A stretch of 64,000 bases of DNA from Oceanispirochaeta sp. (GTDB taxonomy: Bacteria > Spirochaetota > Spirochaetia > DSM-2461): positions 64,001-128,000 of the forward strand of contig CAXXXD010000003.1 of assembly GCA_963663385.2 (NCBI GenBank), given 5' to 3'. The translations under genes and the position numbers were made by a program. Numbering within the stretch: position 1 is the first letter of the stretch; each line of letters begins with the position of its first letter. Below the pieces are notes generated by a model that was given only the letters and a program-made list of their open reading frames with translations, made no database searches and was not told the DNA's origin. Of the stretch, positions 18,857 to 29,637 are shown in pieces.

Positions 18857-20917
18857 TCAGAATTCTACAAAACTATCTTCATGACTTGCGGTATATTCAA
18901 TCTCTGTCATTTCCTTCGGCAGTTGAGATTTCGGCTGAGACTGGAATCCGGATACAGGATTATATTCCACTTCTGTCTTCTTCTTTCTTTTCCCCGCAGG
19001 ACTTCTTCCATTCTGTATAAGCGGAGTAGTCTCCGAGGCATCAATTTTGAAAAAGGAGATAAGCTGTTTGAGGTTCTCCGCCTGGGAGGAGAGCTCTTCC
19101 GCCATGGCGGCTGCTTCCTCGGATGCAGATGCATTCTGCTGGATCACCGTATCCAGCTGGTTGATAGCCTGACTGACCTGACTGGCTCCGGATTTCTGCT
19201 CCTTGCTGGAGGCGCTTATCTCCTGTATCAGATCGGCGGTATTCTTGATCTTCGGAACAATCTCCTGCATCAGCTCTCCCGTCCTGATGGCCTGATGGAC
19301 GCTGCTGCCGGCCAGTTCGGATATTTCATTGGCGGCAGTCTTGCTGCTGGAAGCCAGTTTCCCCACTTCCGCTGCTACAACGGCAAATCCTTTTCCATGT
19401 TCTCCCGCCCTTGCCGCCTCTATAGCGGCATTCAGACTGAGCATATTGGTAGAGCGGGCAATCTCTTCTATAATGCTGATCTTTTCGGAGATATTCTTCA
19501 TGGCTTCCACGGTCTCCAGAACAGAACTCCCTCCCTGTTCCACCACATTTGCCGCTTCCCGGGAGATGCTCTCGGTTTGTACCGAGTTATCCGAGTTCTG
19601 TTCAATATTGGCTCCCATCTGCTCCATGGAGGAGGATATCTCCTCAGCCGAAGCGGCCTGCTCGGCGGCGCCCTGTGAAATCTGCTGAGCCGTGGAACTG
19701 AGCTGGATGCTGCCGTCGGCCACGTTGTCCGCCCCCCGGATAACCTGGGAGACAACCTCTGTCAGGCTTCTTTTCATATGATTCAGGGCATCCGCCAGCT
19801 GTCCTATTTCATCCTTCTGATTCAGGTCCACTGTAACAGTCAGGTCTCCGCTTGATAGTTTCTCCGCAAAAGCTACTCCCTTGAGAAGGGGCACCGTAAT
19901 CCCTCTGGCTATTATGTATGCCAGGAGTATCCCGATCACAAACGCAATAACACTCATTATCAGGACACCCTGTCTTGTTATAATGGCAGCCTCAATCATC
20001 TGCTGATCGGTCATCAGGTTGCTGCGGACTTCACTTCTCAATTCACCCAGAATCGTTTGAACTCCGACCAGGGACGGCTGGGTTTTTTCCGTAAAAATAC
20101 GGTTGGCTTCATTCATATTAATCAGATCGTCTTCTGCCAGTGCTTTCAGATTGCGCAGGTGTTCGAGTGTGCGTTCCAGCAGAGGATACGTTGTATTGGT
20201 GAAGAAAGCAATTCCCGCTGTATTGCTCCTTTTCATCTGCTGTTCAAGGGTAACAGCCGATTCATGGAGTTGTTCGTGAACAGCTATCATCCGGTCCCAC
20301 TCCGCTTGAAATTCCGGTCCGGCTTCCCGGTAGATCTTCTCCGCTTCGGGTGACTGGAGCCACTGCCCCAGTTCACACTTGTCCGGATTTTTTTCTACGG
20401 AAAGGGATGTCTTTTTTGCCAGCAGCGCCGACTGTATGGTTTCCGCCCAGACATGGTGGTCGTTTGCCCTGGCTGCCATCAGGCCGGGCAGCATGGGATC
20501 GGCCTGCCTGAAAATCGACTTTATTTCCGAGGCGGATTCATGGAGTAGTCTATGGGGCTCTTCGATGTTTTTCAGTATAGGTTCCAGTGAAGGAATCATA
20601 CTGACTGCTTCTTCCCTCTCCTTTCCATAGAGCCATTTACCGAAGGCGCACTGATGATCGTCCATTTCCACATTCAGTTCGGTTATGTTTTTGTCTGTCA
20701 GCAGGGCGTTGACTTCCTGCATCCAGTTAAGATGATCCACCTCTTTCTGAGCCAGGGACGCATCCAGTTTATTCCCCTCAATGACTTCCCCTGCATTATC
20801 CAGGATCTGTGAAATCCCCAGAAAGGCCCAGACGGCAATCGCTGTCAGAAGGAGTATAATCATACCGAACCCGATATACATTTTTTTAGAAATTTTGATA
20901 TCTTTCCACCCGTTCAT
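18857..20917 (-). CDS. Methyl-accepting chemotaxis protein with two CZB-like domains, HAMP and MA domain
   Basis: DHLNW..CAFGKW..H..LH and DHHVW..CELGQW..H..LH between two TM helices; [37 protein letters not shown]. Confidence 0.9.
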   Translation of the reverse strand: MNGWKDIKISKKMYIGFGMIILLLTAIAVWAFLGISQILDNAGEVIEGNKLDASLAQKEVDHLNWMQEVNALLTDKNITELNVEMDDHQCAFGKWLYGKEREEAVSMIPSLEPILKNIEEPHRLLHESASEIKSIFRQADPMLPGLMAARANDHHVWAETIQSALLAKKTSLSVEKNPDKCELGQWLQSPEAEKIYREAGPEFQAEWDRMIAVHEQLHESAVTLEQQMKRSNTAGIAFFTNTTYPLLERTLEHLRNLKALAEDDLINMNEANRIFTEKTQPSLVGVQTILGELRSEVRSNLMTDQQMIEAAIITRQGVLIMSVIAFVIGILLAYIIARGITVPLLKGVAFAEKLSSGDLTVTVDLNQKDEIGQLADALNHMKRSLTEVVSQVIRGADNVADGSIQLSSTAQQISQGAAEQAASAEEISSSMEQMGANIEQNSDNSVQTESISREAANVVEQGGSSVLETVEAMKNISEKISIIEEIARSTNMLSLNAAIEAARAGEHGKGFAVVAAEVGKLASSSKTAANEISELAGSSVHQAIRTGELMQEIVPKIKNTADLIQEISASSKEQKSGASQVSQAINQLDTVIQQNASASEEAAAMAEELSSQAENLKQLISFFKIDASETTPLIQNGRSPAGKRKKKTEVEYNPVSGFQSQPKSQLPKEMTEIEYTASHEDSFVEF

Positions 20918-20953
20918 TATTTTCCCCCGAAAAATCCCCTGTATAAACAGTAA

Positions 20954-20982
20954 ATTATAAAAGAGTGAGTATCCGAAATCAA
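20954..20982 (-). promoter_or_regulatory. Sigma70-type promoter of the CZB chemoreceptor gene
   Basis: TTGATT-17-TATAAT on the minus strand. Confidence 0.65.
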
Positions 20983-21074
20983 ATATTTATTATTAAATTA
21001 CTACTTTTACTAATTCATAATTCAAAGAGATAACTTATTGAAAAAAGGGGAAGAATGTTTAATTGATATGGTCA

Positions 21075-22448
21075 CTACCAGGTGTATGTTACAACAGGTG
21101 TGCTGTGAAAGTTATTGATACAGGACACATTCATCAGATCCACCTCGCTGGTCTGTACCGTTTCAAAGTGAAGGTAAAGGTCATCCGGGATAGCCGGGTC
21201 TATATCAAAAATATGAATGGGCGCTGCTGTTCCGTTGAGATAAGCGCCGACCTTGTCATTTCTAATAATAAAATGCAACTCATCCCAAACCGCAGGAGCC
21301 AGACCGACGGGCCAGCTGTCGGAAGTCATTTCCACATCTTCTACAAAAGATTTTACTATCATATCTGCCGAACGAAGCTCTACTGTAATCCTCGTGCCAA
21401 AATCATCTATATCTTTTTTCAGATGGAGTCTGACTATGGGTTCGGCCGGAAAGGCCAGTGCCGTATGCAGCATTTTAAAGTATATTATTTTATTTTCCCC
21501 CACCTGATAACCGTCCAGAGAGAAGGTGGCGGGAGTGGTTAAATTGGCAGCGTTTAGTTTTACATAATAATCCGGGGCCATGCCGTATTCAAAAGAAAAT
21601 AATGAACCGTTTTCCGTATGGTAGTTGAAAAGATCATCATCTGTGGTGTTTGTTGTTCCCGGTTGTCCGTTCATGGTATCGGGATTTAATACAAATTCTC
21701 CCTTCAGTGTGAAATTCTCATACCTTACAGAGCCGTCATAGTCATTCAGATCTATTTGAGCATACCGGGTGACTGTTGTCAGTCCCTCCTGCCAGGGGTT
21801 ATCCGCCCAGTCGGGATGGGCTGAATTCTCTGCCCGCATCCACATGACATACTTACCTCTTTTGATGGAGGGAAAGCTTCCGCTTCTGTAACTGCCGGTG
21901 CCTTCTTTCAGTTCAAAGTAGAAGAGGGTTTCGTCTTCCGGGTTGTAAAGCCAGGCTCCCACATAGGCCGGATTCCGGCCGTCTGCAACCATTTCACTAA
22001 TATCCGCTTCCAATACCAGCCCGTTAATATCCTGTGAGAACGGATCGGGCATTTCCAGAGAGTTGTTCTCATTCAAGCTCCAGACATAAGTACTGCCGAT
22101 TCCTGTATCGAAGGCAAAGGCAGCTCCGGAGGTTTCCGTATAGGTATGTTCCACCCGTGCCTCCGCTTCCCAGTACCCTTCGGTTAATTCCAGGGCCGCC
22201 GTTGCCGTTTTATTTGCGGTATCGCAGGTCATCGTTCCGGTAAACTCTTCTCCGGTTTCAACATTCCGGATCGTATAGGCGGCTGTATCGATTGAATAAT
22301 CTCCCGTCCAGGGGAGCGAGAGGGCAACACTGCAGGTGGATATTTCATCTTCGCCTTCTGTTTTATCCTCTTCCGAATCGTCTTCCGTCTGAAATTCACA
22401 GGCCAGGAAAAGGAGAAGAAGGATGTATAACAGATATCGAACTTTCAT
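21075..22448 (-). CDS. Hypothetical acidic beta-rich lipoprotein
   Basis: Signal peptide with lipobox LFLAC followed by an acidic linker; no recognisable catalytic motif. Confidence 0.7.
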   Translation of the reverse strand: MKVRYLLYILLLLFLACEFQTEDDSEEDKTEGEDEISTCSVALSLPWTGDYSIDTAAYTIRNVETGEEFTGTMTCDTANKTATAALELTEGYWEAEARVEHTYTETSGAAFAFDTGIGSTYVWSLNENNSLEMPDPFSQDINGLVLEADISEMVADGRNPAYVGAWLYNPEDETLFYFELKEGTGSYRSGSFPSIKRGKYVMWMRAENSAHPDWADNPWQEGLTTVTRYAQIDLNDYDGSVRYENFTLKGEFVLNPDTMNGQPGTTNTTDDDLFNYHTENGSLFSFEYGMAPDYYVKLNAANLTTPATFSLDGYQVGENKIIYFKMLHTALAFPAEPIVRLHLKKDIDDFGTRITVELRSADMIVKSFVEDVEMTSDSWPVGLAPAVWDELHFIIRNDKVGAYLNGTAAPIHIFDIDPAIPDDLYLHFETVQTSEVDLMNVSCINNFHSTPVVTYTW

Positions 22449-22513
22449 ATGGGATTTACCCTCTATTATAATATATCACTTAATATTAAATTAAAATGAA
22501 GGATTTTGTCTCG

Positions 22514-22551
22514 AAAAAAAAAGCACAAATGACTTGAACATTTGTGCTTTT
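22514..22551 (-). terminator. Rho-independent terminator
   Basis: 13-bp stem AAAAGCACAAATG/CATTTGTGCTTTT; long T run on the minus strand. Confidence 0.8.
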
Positions 22552-22700
22552 CACTTTGAGCTGATACTCAACTCCATCTTTTACAAGACAGTACGTTTTA
22601 TACTGACAACAGAAACGCTACTCTGTAAGGTGGTTCACTTTCCTTATTCATAATATATTCAAAACTCCTTTCAATATCAGAATTTTGTTCTCATGAACAT
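22514..22700 (-). ncRNA. Candidate ~190-nt small RNA or small-peptide mRNA (17-aa ORF at 22651-22598)
   Basis: TTGCAT-17-TATATT promoter (22735-22707), internal hairpins, own terminator. Confidence 0.5.
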
Positions 22701-22817
22701 ATTTTGAATATAGTCTCTTCCAGAGCAGAATGCAAATTTTTTTGATGAAATTCTTTGCTGTTTCCCAATGGAAATAGAGTAAAATCTTTTTTTATCAGGA
22801 ATTATTCTATAGAAAAA

Positions 22818-23600
22818 TTATCTGATAAAACCCGTAAAATTATAGATACAAATAGTAATGATGACAGCCATTACTCCTATAAAAAGCTTATCTACTTCTT
22901 TATGGGTCATCCTGTGTGATAAATGGGAGCCCAGGATTCCTCCGCTGATGCCGCCGATAATCATAAGAAGCAGTATGGCCGGTTCAAAATGGGGTACATT
23001 CCCGGCCAGAATGGTAAATATCAGGTTTGTTACCTGAGAAAAAAATATAATAAAGATTGAACAGAGGGCGGCTGTTTTGGAGTCCATGGAAAAGAAGAAG
23101 TAGAGAACGGCCAGATTGATCGGTCCGCCGCCGATGCCCAGGAAGGATGCAATCCCCCCCAGAATCAGACCGATAAAAACCGTAAACAGGCTGCCGTCTT
23201 TATGAAAAGGTCTGATTTTATCTTTACAGATGGTGAAGAACAGCACCCCCAGGGTAATAACAGCAAGCATAAGTGACTGAGTTGCGCCCACTACCCGTTC
23301 ATTCCCAAAACCGGATTTTACTATATCGAACAGCATCTTACCCAGAAAGCCGCCTATAACACCTCCCAGTGCCATCAGGGTACCGATGCGTTTATTCAGT
23401 TTGACAGGGGATTTTCTGCTGCGAATCAGGGTTACTGTTGTCATGGAAAGGACTGTGCTGCCGGAAAGAAAGCTGATAGTGCTCACACCGAAAGAACTTA
23501 TCCCGTCCAGAACCGGTTTGATTATGACTCCTCCCCCTATTCCGCTGATTGCTCCTACGATTGATGCTCCCAGGCTGATGAAAAAGTATAGTACCGGCAT
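22818..23600 (-). CDS. TauE/SafE (TSUP) family membrane transporter
   Basis: Duplicated GIGGG motif (GAISGIGGGVIIKP, FLGIGGGP); about 8 TM helices. Confidence 0.88.
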   Translation of the reverse strand: MPVLYFFISLGASIVGAISGIGGGVIIKPVLDGISSFGVSTISFLSGSTVLSMTTVTLIRSRKSPVKLNKRIGTLMALGGVIGGFLGKMLFDIVKSGFGNERVVGATQSLMLAVITLGVLFFTICKDKIRPFHKDGSLFTVFIGLILGGIASFLGIGGGPINLAVLYFFFSMDSKTAALCSIFIIFFSQVTNLIFTILAGNVPHFEPAILLLMIIGGISGGILGSHLSHRMTHKEVDKLFIGVMAVIITICIYNFTGFIR

Positions 23601-23747
23601 GAAGTTCGTCCCCTTTTCTGAGCATAGTATCTCAGGTTGCAGGAATTATTCCAGCGGAAGGGGAGAAAATCTTGTCATTTCAGTGATTCAGGTTATACTG
23701 GTAAAGGTCTTTATTGTATAGAAAATCAGGAAAGAGAATGGGAATAA

Positions 23748-24959
23748 ATGAACGGGAATCCTTCAGACCACATTGATGTAGTCGTTGTGGATGATAGTCA
23801 GGATATTCTTGATATCCTTGATATCATTCTTGGTGATTACGGCTATAATGTCAGAACCTACGATTCAGCGGAGGCTGTTCTCAGGGATGTCCCCTTATCT
23901 TTTATCCCCGATCTTTTTCTTCTTGATGTGAATCTGCCCGGTATGAGCGGTCTGGCTCTTTGCCGCAGCTTCAAGGAGACCCCTGTTCTGAATCTGGTTC
24001 CTGTGATTTTTATCAGTGGCCTCATGGAGGATTCTGATAAAAAAGAGGGATTCGAAGCGGGGGGCGAAGACTATATTACCAAACCTTTTTCAAAGTCGGA
24101 TGTCCTTGCCAGAGTTAAGACTCATATGAAACTCAGGAAATCCCTGCAGGAATTACAGCTTCTTAATACCGATCTGGAATCCCGTATTGTAGAGAGAACC
24201 CGGGAACTGCAATCGGCCAAGGAGGAGGCGGAAAGGGCCAACCGGGCAAAAACGGAATTCCTGTCCAATATCAACCATGAAATGCGAACTCCCCTGAACG
24301 GGATTCTGGGAATGCTGAATCTGTTACGGGATATTTCGATGGATCAGGAGGGAGCCTCCTACCTCTCTCTGGCCGAGTATTCAGCCAATCATTTGTCTGT
24401 TATAATCCGTGACATACTGGATTATTCACAACTTGAAACACACCGTATGATTTTTCATTACAACCCTGTAGACATAGGGGAAATGATAAGAAAACTGTGT
24501 ACTATTCAAAGGGACGACGCCCAGGCAAAAGGACTGGATATCCACATCGTTTCTCCGGATACGGAATCCCTTTTTACAGGAGATGAAACACGTCTGTATC
24601 AGATCCTGACCAACCTTCTATCCAACTCCGTTAAATACTCGCGAAAAGGGACTATTACAATCCGATACAGGGTTGAAGACGACCTTTATGTTGAAGTTCA
24701 GGATCAGGGAATCGGTATCCCTCCGGATAAAATGGAGGATATTTTTCTTCCATTCCTGCAGCTTGATGCTTCCTATACGAAAGAGAACAAGGGAATCGGT
24801 CTGGGGCTTTCCATAACACGTAATCTGGTAAAGTCCATGGATGGTTCCATTGGTTTAAAATCCGACAGCAATGGAACCTGTTTTACGATTATTATTCCTG
24901 ATAAAAAAGTCTCTTCGGTTCCCCTGGCACTTGAGGGAACAGAATTTCACTATCAATAG
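23748..24959 (+). CDS. Cytoplasmic hybrid kinase (REC-HisKA-HATPase)
   Basis: VVDDS, LDVNLPG, YITKPF; NINHEMRTPLNGI; NLLSNSVKY, DQGIGI, GIGLGL. Confidence 0.9.
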   Translation: MNGNPSDHIDVVVVDDSQDILDILDIILGDYGYNVRTYDSAEAVLRDVPLSFIPDLFLLDVNLPGMSGLALCRSFKETPVLNLVPVIFISGLMEDSDKKEGFEAGGEDYITKPFSKSDVLARVKTHMKLRKSLQELQLLNTDLESRIVERTRELQSAKEEAERANRAKTEFLSNINHEMRTPLNGILGMLNLLRDISMDQEGASYLSLAEYSANHLSVIIRDILDYSQLETHRMIFHYNPVDIGEMIRKLCTIQRDDAQAKGLDIHIVSPDTESLFTGDETRLYQILTNLLSNSVKYSRKGTITIRYRVEDDLYVEVQDQGIGIPPDKMEDIFLPFLQLDASYTKENKGIGLGLSITRNLVKSMDGSIGLKSDSNGTCFTIIIPDKKVSSVPLALEGTEFHYQ

Positions 24960-25048
24960 GCAGAGCTTTTCCTTTCTTTCCGATTCCTGTAGAATAAATA
25001 AAAATACATAAAATTGGTCGAATCCAAGGTCACAAACAAGGAACGTGT

Positions 25049-27271
25049 ATGAAATCAACAATTATTTATACAAAAACGGATGAAGCGCCGGCTCTGGCAA
25101 CTTATTCATTACTGCCGATTGTTCAAAGTTATGCAAAAGCTGCCGGAATTACTGTAGAAACACGGGATATCTCACTGGCTGCCCGTATCCTGGCAGTATT
25201 CCCCGAATATCTTGAGGATGAGCAGAAGGTTCCGGATGACCTGGATGAACTGGGTAAACTGGTAAACCGACCTGAGGCCAACATAATAAAACTCCCCAAT
25301 ATCAGCGCTTCCATTCCCCAGTTAAAAGCGGCTGTAAAAGAACTGCAGGATAAGGGATTCAAGCTTCCCGAATACCCGGAAGAACCTCAGACTCCCGAGG
25401 AGCAGGAAATCAGGAAGCGTTACGATAAGGTTAAAGGCAGCGCTGTTAACCCTGTCCTGAGAGAAGGGAACTCCGACCGCCGGGCGCCGAAAGCTGTAAA
25501 ACAGTACGCTATGAAACACCCTCACTCTATGGGAGAGTGGAGTAAGGACTCCAAATCACATGTTGCCAGTATGGATCAGGGGGATTTTTACGGGAGTGAG
25601 AAGTCCATAATTCTGGATAAAGCCTGTACGGCAAGAATTGAACTGCTTGATACTTCCGGCAGTACAACAGTCCTGAAGGAGAGCCTTCCTCTTATTGAAG
25701 GCGAAATCCTGGATGCGGCGGTGTTAAGCCGGAAGGCCCTGCGGTCGTTTCTGGAAAAGGAGATCGCCGATGCCAAGAGACAGGATGTTCTCCTCTCTGT
25801 TCATCTGAAGGCAACCATGATGAAAGTATCGGATCCTATTATCTTCGGTCATGCGGTATCGGTATTTTTTAAAGATGTTTTTGAAGAGTATCGGGATCTT
25901 TTTGCCGAACTGGGTGTTGATCCCAATAATGGAATGGGTGACCTCCTTCATAAACTGCAGACCCTTCCTGATGCGGAAAGAAGCGAGGTGGTCGGAGCCA
26001 TAAAAGCGGCTTATGATGAAGGACCGGAACTGGCTATGGTCAATTCCGATCTGGGAATAACAAACCTGCATGTTCCCAGCGACGTGATTATTGATGCCTC
26101 CATGCCGGCGGCTATCCGCTCCTCCGGGAAGATGTGGGGCCCCGATGGCAAGCTCAAGGATATGAAAGCCATTATTCCGGACAGGTCTTACGCCGGTGTT
26201 TATCAGGCTGCCATTGACTACTGCAAGGAACACGGCGCTTTTGATCCTACCCTTATGGGCAGTGTTTCCAATGTAGGATTAATGGCACAGAAAGCGGAAG
26301 AGTACGGATCTCATGACAAGACTTTTCTGATTCCGGTAAACGGCACAGTCCGGGTTGTCAGGGAAGACGGTGCTGTTCTGCTGGAAATTCCTGTGGAGGA
26401 GGGGGATATCTACCGCTCCTGCCAGGCCAAGGATGCTCCCATCCGGGACTGGATAAAACTGGCTGTAAAACGGGCTGTCGCAACTGGGACTCCTGCCGTT
26501 TTCTGGCTGGATGAAAACAGGGCTCACGACAGAAACCTGATCGAAAAAGTTAATAAATACCTTCCTGAACACAATACGGACGGTCTGGATATCAGGATTA
26601 TGTCTCCAGACAAGGCAACCCGTTTCTCTATGGAGCGGATCAGCAGGGGAGAAGATACCATATCTGTAACCGGAAATGTTCTACGGGATTATCTGACGGA
26701 CCTTTTTCCCATACTGGAAGTGGGAACAAGCGCCAAAATGCTGTCGATCGTTCCCCTTATGAACGGAGGAGGACTGTTTGAAACCGGAGCTGGAGGCTCT
26801 GCTCCCAAGCATGTGCAGCAGTTTGTGCAGGAAGGGCACCTCCGATGGGATTCTCTGGGCGAGTTCCTTGCCCTGGCTGTATCCTTAGAGCATCTGGCAG
26901 GGGCCTGTAATAATCCTCAGGCTAAAATCCTGGGCGAGACACTGGATAGGGCTACCGGGCAGGTTCTGGAAAACAATAAAGCCCCTTCCCGGAAAAAGGG
27001 AGAGCTGGATAACAGAGGCAGTCATTTCTACCTGGCCATGTACTGGGCGCAGGCTCTGGCAGAGCAGAATGATGATGACGATCTGAAGAATATATTTAAG
27101 AGCGTGGCCGGGGAACTTGCCGAAAAGGAGAGCCTGATACTGAAGGAACTGAATGACGTTCAGGGTGAAGCCGTTGATCTGGGCGGTTATTACTATGCTG
27201 ATGAAAAACTGATTTCTCAGGCAATGAGACCCAGCAGCACCTTTAATACAATTCTGGACGGATTACAGTAA
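25049..27271 (+). CDS. icd: Monomeric NADP-dependent isocitrate dehydrogenase
   Basis: [58 protein letters not shown]; 740 aa. Confidence 0.97.
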   Translation: MKSTIIYTKTDEAPALATYSLLPIVQSYAKAAGITVETRDISLAARILAVFPEYLEDEQKVPDDLDELGKLVNRPEANIIKLPNISASIPQLKAAVKELQDKGFKLPEYPEEPQTPEEQEIRKRYDKVKGSAVNPVLREGNSDRRAPKAVKQYAMKHPHSMGEWSKDSKSHVASMDQGDFYGSEKSIILDKACTARIELLDTSGSTTVLKESLPLIEGEILDAAVLSRKALRSFLEKEIADAKRQDVLLSVHLKATMMKVSDPIIFGHAVSVFFKDVFEEYRDLFAELGVDPNNGMGDLLHKLQTLPDAERSEVVGAIKAAYDEGPELAMVNSDLGITNLHVPSDVIIDASMPAAIRSSGKMWGPDGKLKDMKAIIPDRSYAGVYQAAIDYCKEHGAFDPTLMGSVSNVGLMAQKAEEYGSHDKTFLIPVNGTVRVVREDGAVLLEIPVEEGDIYRSCQAKDAPIRDWIKLAVKRAVATGTPAVFWLDENRAHDRNLIEKVNKYLPEHNTDGLDIRIMSPDKATRFSMERISRGEDTISVTGNVLRDYLTDLFPILEVGTSAKMLSIVPLMNGGGLFETGAGGSAPKHVQQFVQEGHLRWDSLGEFLALAVSLEHLAGACNNPQAKILGETLDRATGQVLENNKAPSRKKGELDNRGSHFYLAMYWAQALAEQNDDDDLKNIFKSVAGELAEKESLILKELNDVQGEAVDLGGYYYADEKLISQAMRPSSTFNTILDGLQ

Positions 27272-27307
27272 CTGTTACTTCTCTGATTAAATATCGCTAT
27301 TAACTAG

Positions 27308-27341
27308 AGGCTGAGTATCTGCACAGGCAGGTACTCAGCCT
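27308..27341. terminator. Probable bidirectional terminator between icd and the XRE gene
   Basis: 15-bp stem AGGCTGAGTATCTGC/GCAGGTACTCAGCCT with one G-U pair. Confidence 0.65.
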
Positions 27342-27364
27342 TATTGATTAAGGGAGGAGGGTCA

Positions 27365-27835
27365 TTAAAGTTTTCTTCCCAGTTTTTTTTCAACCTGTTT
27401 TTTTTCCCATTCAGGGCCAAAAAGTCTGATAGGACTGAATACCCTTACTCCATGAGTGAGTATGCCGATTCCCCAGCCCATGGCCGGCCATTTCGCCCAT
27501 ATATATCTAGGTTCGAAAATCAGATTCCCTGCAAATAAAAGGGCGATAACTCCCAGGTAGGTAAATAGATGTCCGTAAAATCCCTTTTCATTCTGTACCT
27601 GTTTAAATGCCCGCTCTTCTTCCAGTGATACGGTATTCTTATCCATATTATTCTCCTCCAGCTGAAAATCAGAAATTTCCATATTAAATACAGCAGCAAG
27701 GCATTTAAGGGATTCCAGTCCGGGTTTTGCACCCCGTTCAATTCTCTGAATCGTTCTGGTACTTAACCCGCTGAACTCAGCCAGCTCTGACTGGGACCAG
27801 CCCCTTTGAAGTCTCAATTTTTTAATAATCAGCAC
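27365..27835 (-). CDS. XRE-family HTH regulator with C-terminal 2TM domain
   Basis: LRLQRGWSQSELAEFSGLSTRTIQRIERG; GFYGHL..WP..GWGIG..H 2TM motif; GTG start at 27835 after AGGAGG. Confidence 0.88.
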   Translation of the reverse strand: MLIIKKLRLQRGWSQSELAEFSGLSTRTIQRIERGAKPGLESLKCLAAVFNMEISDFQLEENNMDKNTVSLEEERAFKQVQNEKGFYGHLFTYLGVIALLFAGNLIFEPRYIWAKWPAMGWGIGILTHGVRVFSPIRLFGPEWEKKQVEKKLGRKL

Positions 27836-27981
27836 ATTCTGCCTCCTGCTGTATCTCTGTTGGGAAGATAGGATAATTATATATCTGATCATACGACAAA
27901 TGGACGACAATGATGAGACTGTCGAATAAATGACGGGTTATCCGAGGTAATCAGGATTCCCGGGGACGCTTTTGGAAAACT

Positions 27982-28452
27982 TTATTCTATTTCAGAATCC
28001 AAAAATCCATTTTCCCTGAGAATCCTATTCCATTCACCTTTGTTCATTTCATTACTATTAATGATATTTTCTTCAAGCCACTTGGTAAGACCTGAAATAC
28101 GAACAGCCGTCTCATGATTTATGGAATGTTCTATACGACAAGCCTGATTCTCAACCCATGCACCCTCCAGACCCAGGATTCTGTTCAGAAACCGGAGAAT
28201 TATTTTGTGTCTGCTCAAGATGCATTTTGCAACCTTTCTGCCTTTTTCTGTAAGAGTTATATATGAGTTTTTTTCATATTCAATAAATCCTGCTTTTTTC
28301 AGATTCTTCAGTGCACCGGTAACAGACGGCATTTTTACCGAAAGCCTCTCGGAAATATCTTTAACCCTTGCTACTCTGTTTTTTTCTTCAAGTATCAGGA
28401 TTGTTTCAAGATAATCTTCCTGACTGGGAGACAGCTGCTTGATATTATTCAT
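27982..28452 (-). CDS. DtxR/MntR-family metal-dependent repressor
   Basis: SQEDYLETI, RVKDIS..L.VKMPSVT, LTEKG, ACRIEH. Confidence 0.9.
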   Translation of the reverse strand: MNNIKQLSPSQEDYLETILILEEKNRVARVKDISERLSVKMPSVTGALKNLKKAGFIEYEKNSYITLTEKGRKVAKCILSRHKIILRFLNRILGLEGAWVENQACRIEHSINHETAVRISGLTKWLEENIINSNEMNKGEWNRILRENGFLDSEIE

Positions 28453-28458
28453 ATTTAA

Positions 28459-28487
28459 AAGCTAACATTATTAGATTTTCCTATCAA
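28459..28487 (-). promoter_or_regulatory. Leaderless-type promoter of the DtxR/MntR gene with a probable autoregulatory operator
   Basis: TTGATA-17-(TG)TAGCTT, 6 nt, then ATG; TTAG-N6-CTAT at 28471-28484 within the promoter. Confidence 0.55.
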
Positions 28488-28566
28488 GATTGATAACAAC
28501 CCATGCATATCATCTCTGCATTAAAATTACTGAAAAATAGCCTGAATCTATCAGGATTTGCAGCAA

Positions 28567-29187
28567 TCAGGGATTGTGGACAAATCTATGGCTGTTTCCC
28601 AGCATCAGGGATTCAATAGTATAAACCTTTCCCAGCCTGTCAAACTCTACCTTCCAGATTTCTCCATTATTGGGGAAGGCTTTAGGATAGAGGGGCAGGG
28701 TATTTTCCAGTATCCCGCGAATCATCCGGAAGGCGACAGCATGGGTTACAATCAGTATACTTTCCGGTTCCGGCTGATTTTCCATATCCCGGAAAAAGCT
28801 GTGAAGCCTCTGGGCGATCATTTCGTAAGATTCGCCCCCTTCCGGGATCCAGTCCCAGCGCTTCAGGGCATCCATCTCGTAATCGCTGTGGTTTTTTACC
28901 TCATCGTAGGACATTCCGGAGAATTTCCCCAGTTCCTGTTCAGACAGGCGTTCATCCTCATCTATTTTCAGCGAATAAACTCTGGAAAAGGATTCCGCAG
29001 TCTGTCGGGCCCGCACCAGAGGAGAGGATATTATCCGGTCAATTCTGACAATTCCCTTCAATTCATCTGCTATAAGATCCGCATCTGCTTTTCCGTCTGC
29101 TGTAAGGGGGAAGGGGCCGCGGCTGGCCAGGATCCTGGCTTTATTGGCTTCGCTTTCTGCGTGACGTATCATATATAGTGTTTTCAT
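28567..29187 (-). CDS. Histidine phosphatase family protein
   Basis: IRHAES, SSPLVRARQTA, GGES, IVTHA. Confidence 0.88.
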   Translation of the reverse strand: MKTLYMIRHAESEANKARILASRGPFPLTADGKADADLIADELKGIVRIDRIISSPLVRARQTAESFSRVYSLKIDEDERLSEQELGKFSGMSYDEVKNHSDYEMDALKRWDWIPEGGESYEMIAQRLHSFFRDMENQPEPESILIVTHAVAFRMIRGILENTLPLYPKAFPNNGEIWKVEFDRLGKVYTIESLMLGNSHRFVHNP

Positions 29188-29304
29188 AGGGAGATTGTAG
29201 GATTAATGTCTCTTTATTGGAATAAGGGAGCTTCCCTTTTTAATATAAAAAAATCCATATATAGCTATCAGGGTGTTGACCTGGTAAAACAAATGTGAAA
29301 CTAT

Positions 29305-29328
29305 TATAGGGTAGGGGGGTATCCTATA
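29305..29328. promoter_or_regulatory. Probable CsoR operator overlapping the csoR RBS and start codon
   Basis: TATAGG..G-tract..CCTATA pseudo-palindrome; G-tract operators are typical of the CsoR/RcnR family. Confidence 0.5.
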
Positions 29329-29618
29329 TGGCTAAAGAAACAAGAAAAGCACATCATCCGTATGAAACAAAGGCTAATATGATTACCAGGCTGAACCGGA
29401 TAGAAGGGCAGATTCGGGGAATAGCCCGGATGATTGAAGAGGATATCTACTGTGATGACATTCTGAATCAGTTTAAAAGTGTCGATTCCGCAATAAACGG
29501 TGTGCGGAAAACCCTGCTGGAAGCGCATATGAAAAGTTGTGTGGTTCATCAGATTCAAAGCGGCCAGCTGGAAGTAATTGATGAACTTTTGGCAACTATC
29601 GGAAAAATGACGAAATAA
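29328..29618 (+). CDS. csoR: Copper-sensing repressor CsoR
   Basis: [23 protein letters not shown] copper ligands; adjacent to copA. Confidence 0.9.
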   Translation: MAKETRKAHHPYETKANMITRLNRIEGQIRGIARMIEEDIYCDDILNQFKSVDSAINGVRKTLLEAHMKSCVVHQIQSGQLEVIDELLATIGKMTK

Positions 29619-29637
29619 ATTCCCCCCGGGAGGTTTT

